NCBI RefSeq assembly: GCF_963521865.1
Contig: NZ_CAUQWY010000001.1
Coordinates: forward strand, 81,865-145,864
Length of the DNA stretch: 64,000 bases
Reading direction: 5' to 3'
Source of the DNA: an uncultured Streptococcus sp.
GTDB lineage: Bacteria > Bacillota > Bacilli > Lactobacillales > Streptococcaceae
Shown here: positions 34,591 to 45,749 of the stretch, piece after piece
Position numbering within the stretch: the first letter of the stretch is position 1
Layout of the letters: every line of letters starts with the position of its first letter
Program-made: the position numbers and the translations under genes
The notes under the pieces: model-generated
Databases searched by the model: none
The model's input: the letters and a program-made list of their open reading frames with translations, nothing else
Told to the model about the DNA's origin: nothing

Positions 34591-35916
34591 ATGCGAATTG
34601 GTTTATTTACAGATACCTATTTTCCTCAGGTTTCTGGTGTTGCGACCAGTATTCGAACCTTGAAAACAGAACTTGAAAAGCAGGGGCATGCTGTTTTTAT
34701 CTTTACGACGACAGATAAGGATGTTAATCGCTACGAAGATTGGCAAATTATCCGCATTCCAAGTGTGCCTTTCTTTGCTTTCAAAGATCGCCGCTTTGCC
34801 TATAGAGGCTTTAGCAAGGCGCTTGAAATTGCCAAGCAGTATCAGCTAGATATTATCCATACTCAGACAGAATTTTCTCTAGGCTTGTTGGGGATTTGGA
34901 TTGCGCATGAACTGAAAATTCCCGTTATCCATACCTATCATACCCAGTACGAAGACTATGTGCATTATATTGCCAAGGGGATGTTGATTCGTCCTAGTAT
35001 GGTCAAGTATCTGGTCAGAGGTTTCCTGCACGATGTGGATGGGGTTGTTTGCCCGAGTGAGATTGTTCGTGACTTGCTATCTGATTATAAAGTCAAGGTT
35101 GAAAAGCGGGTCATTCCAACTGGAATTGAATTAGCCAAGTTTGAGCGTCCAGAAATCAAGCAAGAAAATTTGAAAGAACTGTGTAGTAAATTAGGAATTC
35201 AAGATGATGAAAAGATGTTGCTTAGTCTTTCCAGAATTTCCTATGAAAAAAATATTCAAGCAGTATTAGTAGCCTTTGCAGAAGTTCTGAGAGAGGAAGA
35301 CAAGGTGAAACTGGTAGTTGCTGGGGATGGGCCTTATCTGGATGACCTCAAAGAGCAAGCCCAGAAACTAGAGATTCAAGATTCCGTTATCTTTACAGGT
35401 ATGATTGCTCCTAGTGAGACGGCTCTTTACTATAAGGCGGCAGATTTCTTCATCTCGGCATCGACAAGTGAAACGCAGGGTTTGACATATTTGGAAAGCT
35501 TAGCTAGTGGAACGCCTGTTATTGCTCACGGAAATCCTTATTTGGACAATTTGATCAACGATAAGATGTTTGGTACCTTGTATTACGGTGAGCATGATTT
35601 GGCTGGAGCTATTTTAGAGGCTTTGATTGCAACGCCAGATATGAATGAGCATACCTTATCAGAAAAATTGTATGAGATTTCAGCTGAGAACTTTGGGAAA
35701 CGAGTGCATGAGTTTTATCTGGATGCCATTATTTCAAATAATTTCGAGAAAGATTTGGCCAAAGATGATACGGTTAGTCAGCGTATCTTTAAGACAGTTT
35801 TGTATCTTCCACAACAGGTGGTTGCTGTGCCCGTAAAAGGCTCTAGACGGATGCTGAAGGCATCAAAAACACAGTTAATCAGCATCAGAGATTATTGGAA
35901 AAACAGTGAAGAATAG
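34591..35916 (+). CDS. 1,2-diacylglycerol glucosyltransferase (LafA/Mgs-like GT4)
   Basis: MRIGLFTDTYFPQVSGVATS and SETQGLTYLE. Confidence 0.85.
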   Translation: MRIGLFTDTYFPQVSGVATSIRTLKTELEKQGHAVFIFTTTDKDVNRYEDWQIIRIPSVPFFAFKDRRFAYRGFSKALEIAKQYQLDIIHTQTEFSLGLLGIWIAHELKIPVIHTYHTQYEDYVHYIAKGMLIRPSMVKYLVRGFLHDVDGVVCPSEIVRDLLSDYKVKVEKRVIPTGIELAKFERPEIKQENLKELCSKLGIQDDEKMLLSLSRISYEKNIQAVLVAFAEVLREEDKVKLVVAGDGPYLDDLKEQAQKLEIQDSVIFTGMIAPSETALYYKAADFFISASTSETQGLTYLESLASGTPVIAHGNPYLDNLINDKMFGTLYYGEHDLAGAILEALIATPDMNEHTLSEKLYEISAENFGKRVHEFYLDAIISNNFEKDLAKDDTVSQRIFKTVLYLPQQVVAVPVKGSRRMLKASKTQLISIRDYWKNSEE

Positions 35917-35930
35917 AAAGAGAAACAGCT

Positions 35931-36122
35931 ATGAAAAAACAATTAATGAGAAGTGGTCATGATAAAAAGATTGCAGGTGTTTGTGCCGGAGTAGCCCATT
36001 ATTTTGATATGGATCCCACTATTGTTCGTGTAATATGGGGTGTTCTTGCTTTTGGTTATGGAGCTGGAATTGTAGCCTATATCATTTTATGGATTATTGC
36101 ACCAGTAGCAACTGACTATTGA
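35931..36122 (+). CDS. Phage-shock PspC-domain small membrane protein
   Basis: KIAGVCAGVAHYFDMDPTIVR and YIILWIIAP. Confidence 0.88.
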   Translation: MKKQLMRSGHDKKIAGVCAGVAHYFDMDPTIVRVIWGVLAFGYGAGIVAYIILWIIAPVATDY

Positions 36123-36180
36123 AAACTAGCTGAATTCATGCTAAGATAATAGAAAATAGAATGTAACGAAGGAGAAAAAA

Positions 36181-36315
36181 ATGGCATTTGGAGATAATGG
36201 AAATCGTAAAAAAACTATGTTTGAGAAAATAACCTTGTTTATCGTGATTATCATGCTAGTAGCAAGTTTATTGGGAATTTTTGCAACTGCAATTGGTGCC
36301 CTCAGTAATCTATAA
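36181..36315 (+). CDS. Small membrane protein (DUF4044-like, 44 aa, not in the ORF track)
   Basis: RBS AAGGAG; MAFGDNGNRKKTMFEKITLFIVIIMLVASLLGIFATAIGALSNL with one TM helix. Confidence 0.75.
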   Translation: MAFGDNGNRKKTMFEKITLFIVIIMLVASLLGIFATAIGALSNL

Positions 36316-36378
36316 AATAGATTCAAGAAAATTTTGTGACTGGGATTTCCCAGCCCTTTTTTAAAGTGAGAAGAAAAA

Positions 36379-37689
36379 ATGAGTATGTTTTTAGATACAG
36401 CCAAGATCAAGGTCAAGGCTGGTAATGGTGGTGATGGCATGGTTGCCTTTCGCCGTGAAAAATATGTCCCTAATGGGGGTCCTTGGGGTGGTGACGGTGG
36501 TCGTGGAGGAAATGTGGTCTTCGTTGTAGACGAAGGTTTGCGTACCTTGATGGATTTCCGCTACAATCGTCATTTCAAGGCTGATTCTGGTGAAAAAGGG
36601 ATGACCAAAGGGATGCATGGTCGTGGTGCTGATGACCTTAGAGTTCGAGTGCCACAAGGTACGACTGTTCGTGATGCAGAGACTGGCAAGGTTTTGACAG
36701 ATTTGATAGAACACGGGCAAGAATTTATCGTTGCTCACGGTGGACGTGGTGGACGTGGAAATATCCGCTTTGCGACACCAAAAAATCCTGCACCTGAAAT
36801 CTCTGAAAACGGGGAACCAGGCCAGGAACGTGAGTTACAATTGGAACTAAAAATCTTGGCAGATGTCGGTTTAGTAGGTTTTCCATCTGTAGGGAAATCA
36901 ACTCTTTTAAGTGTTATCACATCTGCTAAACCAAAAATCGGCGCCTACCACTTTACGACAATTGTGCCAAATTTAGGTATGGTTCGTACCCAATCGGATG
37001 ACTCCTTTGCAGTAGCTGATTTACCAGGTTTGATTGAAGGGGCTAGTCAAGGTGTTGGTCTGGGAACCCAGTTCCTCCGTCACATCGAGCGTACACGTGT
37101 CATCCTTCATATCATTGATATGTCAGCTAGTGAAGGCCGTGACCCTTATGAGGACTATCTAGCTATCAATAAAGAGCTGGAGTCATACAATCTTCGCCTC
37201 ATGGAGCGTCCACAGATTATTGTAGCCAATAAGATGGATATGCCTGAGAGTCAGGAAAATCTTGAAGTTTTCAAGAAGAAATTAGCTGAAAACTACGATG
37301 AATTTGAAGAGTTACCAGCTATTTTCCCAATATCTGGTTTGACAAAGCAAGGTTTGGCTACGCTCTTGGATGCTACAGCTGAATTGTTAGACAAGACACC
37401 AGAATTCTTGCTCTACGATGAGTCCGATATGGAAGAAGAAGCTTACTATGGATTTGATGAGGAAGAAAAAGCATTTGAAATTAGTCGTGATGATGATGCA
37501 ACATGGCTACTTTCTGGTGAAAAACTGATGAAACTCTTTAATATGACCAACTTTGATCGTGACGAATCAGTCATGAAATTTGCCCGCCAGCTTCGTGGTA
37601 TGGGGGTTGATGAAGCCCTTCGTGCGCGTGGTGCTAAGGATGGGGACTTGGTTCGCATTGGTAAATTTGAGTTTGAATTTGTAGACTAG
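36379..37689 (+). CDS. obgE: GTPase Obg/CgtA
   Basis: Gly-rich Obg fold, [18 protein letters not shown]. Confidence 0.98.
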   Translation: MSMFLDTAKIKVKAGNGGDGMVAFRREKYVPNGGPWGGDGGRGGNVVFVVDEGLRTLMDFRYNRHFKADSGEKGMTKGMHGRGADDLRVRVPQGTTVRDAETGKVLTDLIEHGQEFIVAHGGRGGRGNIRFATPKNPAPEISENGEPGQERELQLELKILADVGLVGFPSVGKSTLLSVITSAKPKIGAYHFTTIVPNLGMVRTQSDDSFAVADLPGLIEGASQGVGLGTQFLRHIERTRVILHIIDMSASEGRDPYEDYLAINKELESYNLRLMERPQIIVANKMDMPESQENLEVFKKKLAENYDEFEELPAIFPISGLTKQGLATLLDATAELLDKTPEFLLYDESDMEEEAYYGFDEEEKAFEISRDDDATWLLSGEKLMKLFNMTNFDRDESVMKFARQLRGMGVDEALRARGAKDGDLVRIGKFEFEFVD

Positions 37690-37698
37690 GAGACTGGT

Positions 37699-37857
37699 AT
37701 GGGAGATAAACCGATATCTTTCCGAGATGCGGATGGAAATTTTGTTTCCGCTGCAGACGTTTGGAATGAAAAGAAATTGGAAGAACTATTTAATCGTCTC
37801 AATCCAAATCGTGCCCTGAGATTGGTACGAACCAAAAATGAAAATCCATCTCAGTAA
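37699..37857 (+). CDS. Small hypothetical protein (52 aa, not in the ORF track)
   Basis: RBS AGGAG overlapping the obgE stop; MGDKPISFRDADGNFVSAADVWNEKKLEELFNRLNPNRALRLVRTKNENPSQ. Confidence 0.7.
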   Translation: MGDKPISFRDADGNFVSAADVWNEKKLEELFNRLNPNRALRLVRTKNENPSQ

Positions 37858-37864
37858 AGAAGAT

Positions 37865-37899
37865 AAAAAATTCCGTGCCTAATCAGACACGGAATTTTG
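37865..37899. terminator. Bidirectional terminator between convergent genes
   Basis: AAAATTCCGTG...CACGGAATTTT. Confidence 0.75.
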
Positions 37900-38370
37900 T
37901 TATTCACCAAAGAAGAATGGTGGTGTAAATTTTTGCAATTCTTCAAAGCAATGTTGTGCAGCATCTGCATCTTCACAGATGACAAGACAGACATCGTCAC
38001 CACAGAGGGTAGCGATAGCATCAGGGAAGTTCAAGGCATCAATAATAGAACCGAATGATTGAGCCAGACCAGGAAGAGTTTTCAAAAGTACTTGATGTTG
38101 AACTGGACGCATCAGTACAAGAGCATCTTCCATATAAGTTTCTAGGCGTTTTTCCCATTTTGAAATGGAACCAGTATTGAGCACGTAGTAAGAATTATCT
38201 TCTTCACGTATTTTTGAAAGATTCATTGTTTTGATATCACGGGAAAGAGTTGCCTGAGTAACTTGAATGTCGTTATCGGCAAGAAGAGCTTGTAACTCAG
38301 CTTGAGTATGAATCTTGTTTTTGGTTACAAGTGCTCGTATGAGTTGGTGGCGGTGTTCAGATTTATTCAT
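37900..38370 (-). CDS. argR: ArgR-family arginine regulator (pepX-linked, ArgR2-like)
   Basis: [21 protein letters not shown] and TLCGDD. RBS AAGGAG before the ATG at 38370. Confidence 0.92.
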   Translation of the reverse strand: MNKSEHRHQLIRALVTKNKIHTQAELQALLADNDIQVTQATLSRDIKTMNLSKIREEDNSYYVLNTGSISKWEKRLETYMEDALVLMRPVQHQVLLKTLPGLAQSFGSIIDALNFPDAIATLCGDDVCLVICEDADAAQHCFEELQKFTPPFFFGE

Positions 38371-38375
38371 AAAAT

Positions 38376-38838
38376 TTACTCCTTGTACAAGGTACAGAAA
38401 GCATGGACTGATCGAAATCGTCAGTCGAGTGGTAAGCGGTATTGTCACGTATGATGATTTCAAAGTCAGTAGTATAAAGAACTAGATGGAGAGCATCTCC
38501 CTCTTTTAACTTGTCACTAGTTGGGTACAGATGAATGGGCTGTCTATCCCTTCATCTGCATGGTTGTTCTCTACTAACAGTGAATCATTCAATTTTGGTA
38601 GCATTTTGTCACGGCTTGTTGTGAATCTACGCTAAATGGCAATTCACATAGCTTGTCCAACATGTGGTGTGGTAGCGTGTATGATAGAGGGTCACACATG
38701 TTGGTTATGGGGCGGTATCTTTTGTTCAAGCTCCAGTAGTAGGGCTTCTAATAACCTTTATTTGGACTGGATTTGATACCAAGTGTATGTTTGTTTCAAC
38801 TGTTTAAGTGGAAATAGTTCCATATTGAAAGTCTGATA
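38376..38838 (-). pseudogene. Decayed tandem copy of the pepX 3' end
   Basis: Collinear with about 38839-39320. 46/48 nt identical at 38429-38476 vs 38893-38940; multiple indels elsewhere. Confidence 0.9.
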
Positions 38839-41121
38839 TCATTCCTTTTGACAAGGTAGGATAAGACTAGACTGTTCAAGATCAACAGTCAGGTGGTAAG
38901 CGGTGTTGTCACGTATGGTGATTTCAAAGTCAGTAGTATAGAGGACTAAACGAAGAGTGTCACCCTCTTTTAGCTTGTAAATAGTTGGTTGCAGTTCAAA
39001 TTGCACATCCATCCATTCACCTGCCTTGATATCCTCTACTAACAGTAAATCATTTCTATTTTGCAAATTGAGATAGCCTTTTGTCACTACTCGTTGTGTA
39101 GTTGCACTAAATGGCAATTCACAGAGATTTTCCAGCATGTGATAGCGACCGTTGTCAATGGTTCTAGCACTTAAAATAGCTGGATAAGGCTGTAGGTATT
39201 TCTTTTGACCAAATTCTAGCAGTTGGGCTGATAAGAGTCCCTTGTTTGTACTAGATTTGATACGAAGACTGAGCTGAGCGCGACCGTTCAGGTGGAGATC
39301 TTTAGTCACAGGAAGGTCAATAGTAATTTGATTGGCTTTTCCTTGATAGAGTTCCGTATTGAAGGTATGGTATGTTTTACCATAACGCTCAAAATCATTA
39401 TCTGAGTACTGGTTTTGAATAACCTGCTCTTCTTGACCGAGTGAGAAGGTTTCAAAGTGTTCTTGCTCACCGAACTGATTAAGTGATAACCAAGTCTGAG
39501 GGGCTGTATTGTCCTGCCAGATAACGGTCGAAAGTTGAAAATCTGTATCTAGCCTCAATAATTTCTTAGTCAATAAGGCATTCATGGATTCACGAAAGTC
39601 AATGGACTGCCAGTTGTTCATATAAACATGGGCACCATTATGGAAAAAGAGGTGCTTGTTTATATGATCAGGAAGGGCGTGAAACATCTGGTAAACATGA
39701 AGTGGTTTGACATTCCAATCCTGAGAACCATGAGTAAAGACAACCTCTGCCTTCACTTTATCAGCATTGAGCAGATAATTGCGGTCATGCCAAAACTGAT
39801 TGTAGTCGCCAGTCTTGCGATCCAGTTGTTCTTTTACCTTTTCCAAATCAGCTTGATGAGCTTCATTACCACGAATAAAGTCGCCAGCCAAGAGATTACG
39901 AGAGTAGGTTAACTCAGCAAGGGAGTCAAAGTCCTCACCTGGATAGCCACCTGGGCTAGTCACTAAACCATTTTCACGGTAGTAGTTGTACCATGAAGAA
40001 ATGCCAGCCTCGGCAATGATAACTTCTAAGCCATCTACACCAGTAGTGGCAAGGCCGTTTGACATGGTACCTAGATAGGAAAGTCCTGTTGTAGCTACTT
40101 TTCCGTTTGACCAGTCAGCCTTGACTTGACGCTGGCGTGTGTGGTCAGTAAAGGCACGGCAACGACCATTGAGCCAATCGATAACATTTTTATAAGCCTC
40201 AATTTGCTGGTAGTCTCCGTTAGTCATGAAACCTGTGGAATCTTTGGTACCAACACCTGAGACATAGAGATTAGCAAACCCTCGTGGAAGGAAGTAGTCG
40301 TTGAGACTATAGCTAGCGTTGATGTGCGTTAGTTTTTCCTCAGCTTCTGACACAAGCTCAGCTTGACCTTGAGGTTGGATGAGATTTAGTTGAGGTTTCT
40401 CTAGATCGATCTTGTGAGCAGACTTAACCTCAAGCTCACCCTCCATCTTGTAGAGAGCCTTATCACTAGCCTTGTCATTTGTTCCCTGATGATAGGGACT
40501 GGCTGTCATGATAGCAGGGATTTGTCCATCAAAACGAGGACGAATAATGCTAACCTTGACTAAGTCAGGTAGGCCCTTTTGGTCAGTATCCACACGAGAC
40601 TCAACGTAGACCACCTCTCGAATGACATCATGACTGGAAAAGGTAGCCAAACTCTTGCCGTTAAAGTAGTGGTAGGTATTATCTTCAGGGATGAGACCAT
40701 CACTTACCAGTTGATCAATCAGGAGATTTCCTTTTTTGGTTCGAGTATTGAGTAACTGATAGAGATTTTTAATCAAGTCACCATATACGATGGGAAAACC
40801 AGTTTCTTTACGGAAAACTTCACTGTCTTCGAAGTCAACCAAATAAGAAAAACCTAGGAGTTGAAAAGCAACAGTATAAAAAATATCTGCTGTCAGTTCA
40901 TCTTCTGATTGAAAAAATGTCAGCAAGTTAGTTTCTTTATCAACTGCCAAACTGGATAGAGGATAGGTACTATCTTTATAAGTAAAAAAGAAACGACTTA
41001 GAAAAGCCTCTAACAACTTTTTATCTGCCATCTCAGATGGAAAATCAAATCCATACTTTTTAAATTCATATAAAATAGTATTTCTTGGAAGTGATAGATA
41101 GCTGAATTGATTAAAGCGCAT
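38839..41121 (-). CDS. pepX: Xaa-Pro dipeptidyl-peptidase
   Basis: Catalytic GLSYLG, GYPGED and HGSQDWNVK. Confidence 0.96.
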   Translation of the reverse strand: MRFNQFSYLSLPRNTILYEFKKYGFDFPSEMADKKLLEAFLSRFFFTYKDSTYPLSSLAVDKETNLLTFFQSEDELTADIFYTVAFQLLGFSYLVDFEDSEVFRKETGFPIVYGDLIKNLYQLLNTRTKKGNLLIDQLVSDGLIPEDNTYHYFNGKSLATFSSHDVIREVVYVESRVDTDQKGLPDLVKVSIIRPRFDGQIPAIMTASPYHQGTNDKASDKALYKMEGELEVKSAHKIDLEKPQLNLIQPQGQAELVSEAEEKLTHINASYSLNDYFLPRGFANLYVSGVGTKDSTGFMTNGDYQQIEAYKNVIDWLNGRCRAFTDHTRQRQVKADWSNGKVATTGLSYLGTMSNGLATTGVDGLEVIIAEAGISSWYNYYRENGLVTSPGGYPGEDFDSLAELTYSRNLLAGDFIRGNEAHQADLEKVKEQLDRKTGDYNQFWHDRNYLLNADKVKAEVVFTHGSQDWNVKPLHVYQMFHALPDHINKHLFFHNGAHVYMNNWQSIDFRESMNALLTKKLLRLDTDFQLSTVIWQDNTAPQTWLSLNQFGEQEHFETFSLGQEEQVIQNQYSDNDFERYGKTYHTFNTELYQGKANQITIDLPVTKDLHLNGRAQLSLRIKSSTNKGLLSAQLLEFGQKKYLQPYPAILSARTIDNGRYHMLENLCELPFSATTQRVVTKGYLNLQNRNDLLLVEDIKAGEWMDVQFELQPTIYKLKEGDTLRLVLYTTDFEITIRDNTAYHLTVDLEQSSLILPCQKE

Positions 41122-41500
41122 ATAACCTCCTTATAAAAAATAATTAAGGTTATTATATCAAAAAAATAGGATAAATGGAATCATTAAATGAGAAAGAAAT
41201 TAATTCAATAATAATGAATATCGTTTATATGAAAAACAAGTACTATTCTATAGCCTAAAACAAGTTATTATAGTAACTAAGTCAATTGAATGTGTCTTTC
41301 TGTTTTAAAAGATATATTCACTTCTTGGGATAAAAAAGTAAAAAAATTACCGGAGCATTTGATTTTTTAAATGTATTTTTACTTTTTTCGTTCAAAAAAT
41401 TTTACTTTAAGGATAAAATATAGACAGGATTCGATGCTTTTGTCTTTCTCTTTTTGAAAAATGGTATAATAAAGTGAGAAGGATAGAGGAGAAGTGTAAA

Positions 41501-44500
41501 TTGATCGCACAACTAGATACAAAAACAGTTTATAGTTTTATGGAGAGCGTTATTTCGATAGACAAGTATGTGAGAGCAGCTAAAGACTATGGCTACACTC
41601 ATCTGGCTATGATGGATATTGATAACCTTTATGGAGCTTTCGATTTTCTAGAAGTCACAAAAAAATACGGCATTCATCCTCTACTAGGGCTTGAAATGAC
41701 TCTTTTAGTGGATGAGCAGGAAGTGAATCTGCGCTTTTTAGCCCTATCTAGTGTGGGCTATCAGCAGTTGATGAAGCTTTCAACAGCCAAGATGCAGGGG
41801 GAGAAAACATGGTCAGTACTGTCCCAGTACCTAGAGGATATCGCGGTTATTGTACCTTATTTTGATAGATTTGAGTCTCTAAATCTAGGCTGTGATTATT
41901 ATATTGGGGTTTATCCAGAAACACTGGACAGCGAATTTCATCATCCAATCTTGCCCCTTTATCGGGTCAATGCTTTTGAAAGCAGGGATAGAGAAGTTTT
42001 ACAAGTATTAAAAGCGATTAAAGAAAATCTCCCCCTCAGAGAAGTTCCCTTGCGCTCACGACAAGATGTCTTTATATCGGCAAGTTCTTTAGAGAAATTA
42101 TTCCAAGAACGTTTTCCGCAAGCCTTGGACAATTTAGAAAAGCTGATTTCAAGCATTTCTTATGACTTGGATACTAGTCTGAAACTGCCTCGTTTTAATC
42201 CAGCTAGACCAGCAGTAGAAGAGTTGAGAGAACGTGCTGAATTGGGACTTGCTCAGAAGGGGTTGTCTAGTAAAGAATATCAAGAACGTCTAAACCAAGA
42301 ATTGGCTGTTATTCATGATATGGGCTTTGATGATTATTTCTTGGTTGTCTGGGATTTATTGCGTTTTGGACGTTCGAATGGCTATTATATGGGAATGGGA
42401 CGGGGTTCTGCAGTTGGTAGCTTGGTTTCCTATGCCTTAGACATTACAGGGATTGATCCAGTTCAGAAGAATCTGATTTTTGAACGTTTCCTCAATCGTG
42501 AACGCTATACCATGCCTGATATTGATATTGATATTCCAGATATTTATCGTCCAGATTTTATCAGGTATGTTGGTAATAAATATGGTAGTAAGCATGCGGC
42601 TCAAATCGTTACTTTTTCTACCTTTGGGGCCAAGCAAGCTTTACGTGATGTTTTGAAGCGTTTTGGTGTGCCAGAGTATGAATTGTCCGCAATTACCAAG
42701 AAAATCAGTTTTCGTGATAATCTAAAGTCAGCCTATGAGGGCAATCTCCAGTTTCGTCAGCAAATCAATAGTAAGTTAGAATACCAAAAAGCCTTTGAGA
42801 TTGCTTGCAAGATAGAGGGCTATCCAAGACAAACCTCTGTCCATGCGGCTGGTGTTGTGATCAGTGACCAAGATTTGACCAACTACATCCCTCTAAAGCA
42901 TGGTGACGAAATTCCACTGACTCAATATGATGCTCATGGAGTTGAAGCAAGTGGGCTTTTGAAGATGGACTTTCTGGGACTGCGAAATTTGACCTTTGTC
43001 CAGAAGATGCAAGAATTGCTTGCTGAAACAGAAGGTGTTAAGATAGCTATCGACGAGATTGATTTGGAAGACAAAGAAACGTTAGCTTTATTTGCCTATG
43101 GCAATACAAAAGGTATCTTTCAATTTGAGCAACCTGGTGCTATTCGTCTGCTTAAGCGTGTTCAACCAGTCTGTTTTGAAGATGTCGTAGCGACTACTTC
43201 TCTAAATAGACCAGGTGCTAGTGACTATATCAATAATTTTGTGGCAAGAAAGCATGGGCAGGAAGAAGTGACAGTTCTGGATCCAGCTCTGGAGGATATT
43301 TTGGCTCCAACTTATGGTATTATGCTCTATCAGGAGCAGGTTATGCAGGTTGCTCAGCGATTTGCTGGATTTAGTCTCGGAAAGGCCGATATTTTGCGTC
43401 GGGCTATGGGGAAAAAGGATGCTTCTGCCATGCATGAGATGAGGGCTTCCTTTATTCAAGGATCCTTAGAAGCTGGTCATACTGCGGAAAAGGCAGAGCA
43501 GGTCTTTGATGTTATGGAGAAGTTTGCAGGTTATGGTTTTAACCGTTCTCATGCCTATGCCTACTCAGCCTTGGCTTTCCAGTTGGCCTATTTCAAAACG
43601 CATTATCCAGCCATCTTTTATCAGGTCATGTTAAATTCTTCCAACAGTGATTACTTAATGGATGCTCTAGAAGCAGGATTTGAAGTAGCCCCTCTGTCAA
43701 TTAACACCATTCCCTATCACGATAAAATTGCCAATAAGTCTATCTATCTAGGTTTGAAATCGATTAAGGGAGTCAGCAAAGATTTGGCGCTTTGGATTAT
43801 TGAAAATAGACCTTATTCTAACATTGAAGATTTTATAGCTAGATTACCTGAGAATTATCTGAAACTTCCTCTGCTAGAACCTTTGGTAAAAGTTGGCCTT
43901 TTCGATTCATTTGAAAAAAATCGTCAAAAAGTATTTAATAACTTAGCTAATCTATTTGAATTTGTAAAAGAGTTAGGAAGTTTATTTGGAGATACTATTT
44001 ATAGTTGGCAGGAATCGGAAGATTGGACAGATCAAGAAAAATTCTATATGGAACAAGAACTTTTAGGGATAGGTGTCAGCAAACATCCCCTACAAACTAT
44101 CGCAAGTAAGGCTATTTATCCGATTACACCAATTGGAAATTTGTCAGAAAATAGTCACTCCATTATCTTGGTAGAAATTCAAAAAATTAAAACTATTCGC
44201 ACCAAAAAGGGTGAAAATATGGCCTTCTTACAGGTAGATGACAGTAAGAAAAAATTGGATGTTACCCTTTTTTCAGACCTATATCGGCAGGTTGGACAGG
44301 AAATAAGAGAGGGAGCATTCTACTATATCAAAGGGAAAGTCCAGTCACGTGATGGTCGTCTGCAAATGATTGCACAAGAAATAAGAGAAGCAGTTGCGGA
44401 ACGCTTTTGGATTCAGGTGAAAAATCATGAATCGGATCAAGAAATTTCACGTATTTTAGAGCTATATAAAGGAACAATCCCAGTCATCATCAGGTATGAA

Positions 44501-44602
44501 GAGGAACAGAAAACCATTGTATCTCCTCATCATTTTGTAGCTAAATCTGATGAATTAGAAGCAAAATTGAATAAAATTGCTATGAAAACGATTTATCACT
44601 AA
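41501..44602 (+). CDS. dnaE: DNA polymerase III alpha subunit DnaE (TTG start)
   Basis: GRGSAVGSLV, MPDIDID, LKMDFLGL, YGFNRSH. TGGTATAAT upstream. Confidence 0.96.
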   Translation: MIAQLDTKTVYSFMESVISIDKYVRAAKDYGYTHLAMMDIDNLYGAFDFLEVTKKYGIHPLLGLEMTLLVDEQEVNLRFLALSSVGYQQLMKLSTAKMQGEKTWSVLSQYLEDIAVIVPYFDRFESLNLGCDYYIGVYPETLDSEFHHPILPLYRVNAFESRDREVLQVLKAIKENLPLREVPLRSRQDVFISASSLEKLFQERFPQALDNLEKLISSISYDLDTSLKLPRFNPARPAVEELRERAELGLAQKGLSSKEYQERLNQELAVIHDMGFDDYFLVVWDLLRFGRSNGYYMGMGRGSAVGSLVSYALDITGIDPVQKNLIFERFLNRERYTMPDIDIDIPDIYRPDFIRYVGNKYGSKHAAQIVTFSTFGAKQALRDVLKRFGVPEYELSAITKKISFRDNLKSAYEGNLQFRQQINSKLEYQKAFEIACKIEGYPRQTSVHAAGVVISDQDLTNYIPLKHGDEIPLTQYDAHGVEASGLLKMDFLGLRNLTFVQKMQELLAETEGVKIAIDEIDLEDKETLALFAYGNTKGIFQFEQPGAIRLLKRVQPVCFEDVVATTSLNRPGASDYINNFVARKHGQEEVTVLDPALEDILAPTYGIMLYQEQVMQVAQRFAGFSLGKADILRRAMGKKDASAMHEMRASFIQGSLEAGHTAEKAEQVFDVMEKFAGYGFNRSHAYAYSALAFQLAYFKTHYPAIFYQVMLNSSNSDYLMDALEAGFEVAPLSINTIPYHDKIANKSIYLGLKSIKGVSKDLALWIIENRPYSNIEDFIARLPENYLKLPLLEPLVKVGLFDSFEKNRQKVFNNLANLFEFVKELGSLFGDTIYSWQESEDWTDQEKFYMEQELLGIGVSKHPLQTIASKAIYPITPIGNLSENSHSIILVEIQKIKTIRTKKGENMAFLQVDDSKKKLDVTLFSDLYRQVGQEIREGAFYYIKGKVQSRDGRLQMIAQEIREAVAERFWIQVKNHESDQEISRILELYKGTIPVIIRYEEEQKTIVSPHHFVAKSDELEAKLNKIAMKTIYH

Positions 44603-44617
44603 AATTACGGAAAATAG

Positions 44618-45691
<1,074 letters not shown>

Positions 45692-45749
45692 TTTAAAAAT
45701 TAGTTAATAAGACCAAAGAGGTCATATATATAAAGGAGTCACAAAAATC

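Noticed and set aside
36141..36440. 99 aa minus-strand ORF
   Set aside because: Shadow of the plus-strand small membrane gene and the obgE start.
38371..38463. 31 aa N-terminal extension of ArgR in the ORF track
   Set aside because: It is an alternative frame of the pepX relic. The SD and the family N-terminus point to ATG 38370.
38376..39320. Diversity-generating retroelement (VR at the pepX 3' end, TR downstream)
   Set aside because: The geometry is suggestive, but mismatches involve all four bases, there are many indels, and no reverse transcriptase or accessory gene lies in the window.
41122..41500. AT-rich pepX/dnaE divergent spacer as a foreign insert or sRNA
   Set aside because: No ORF, strong structure or repeat was visible. 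Consistent with divergent promoters.
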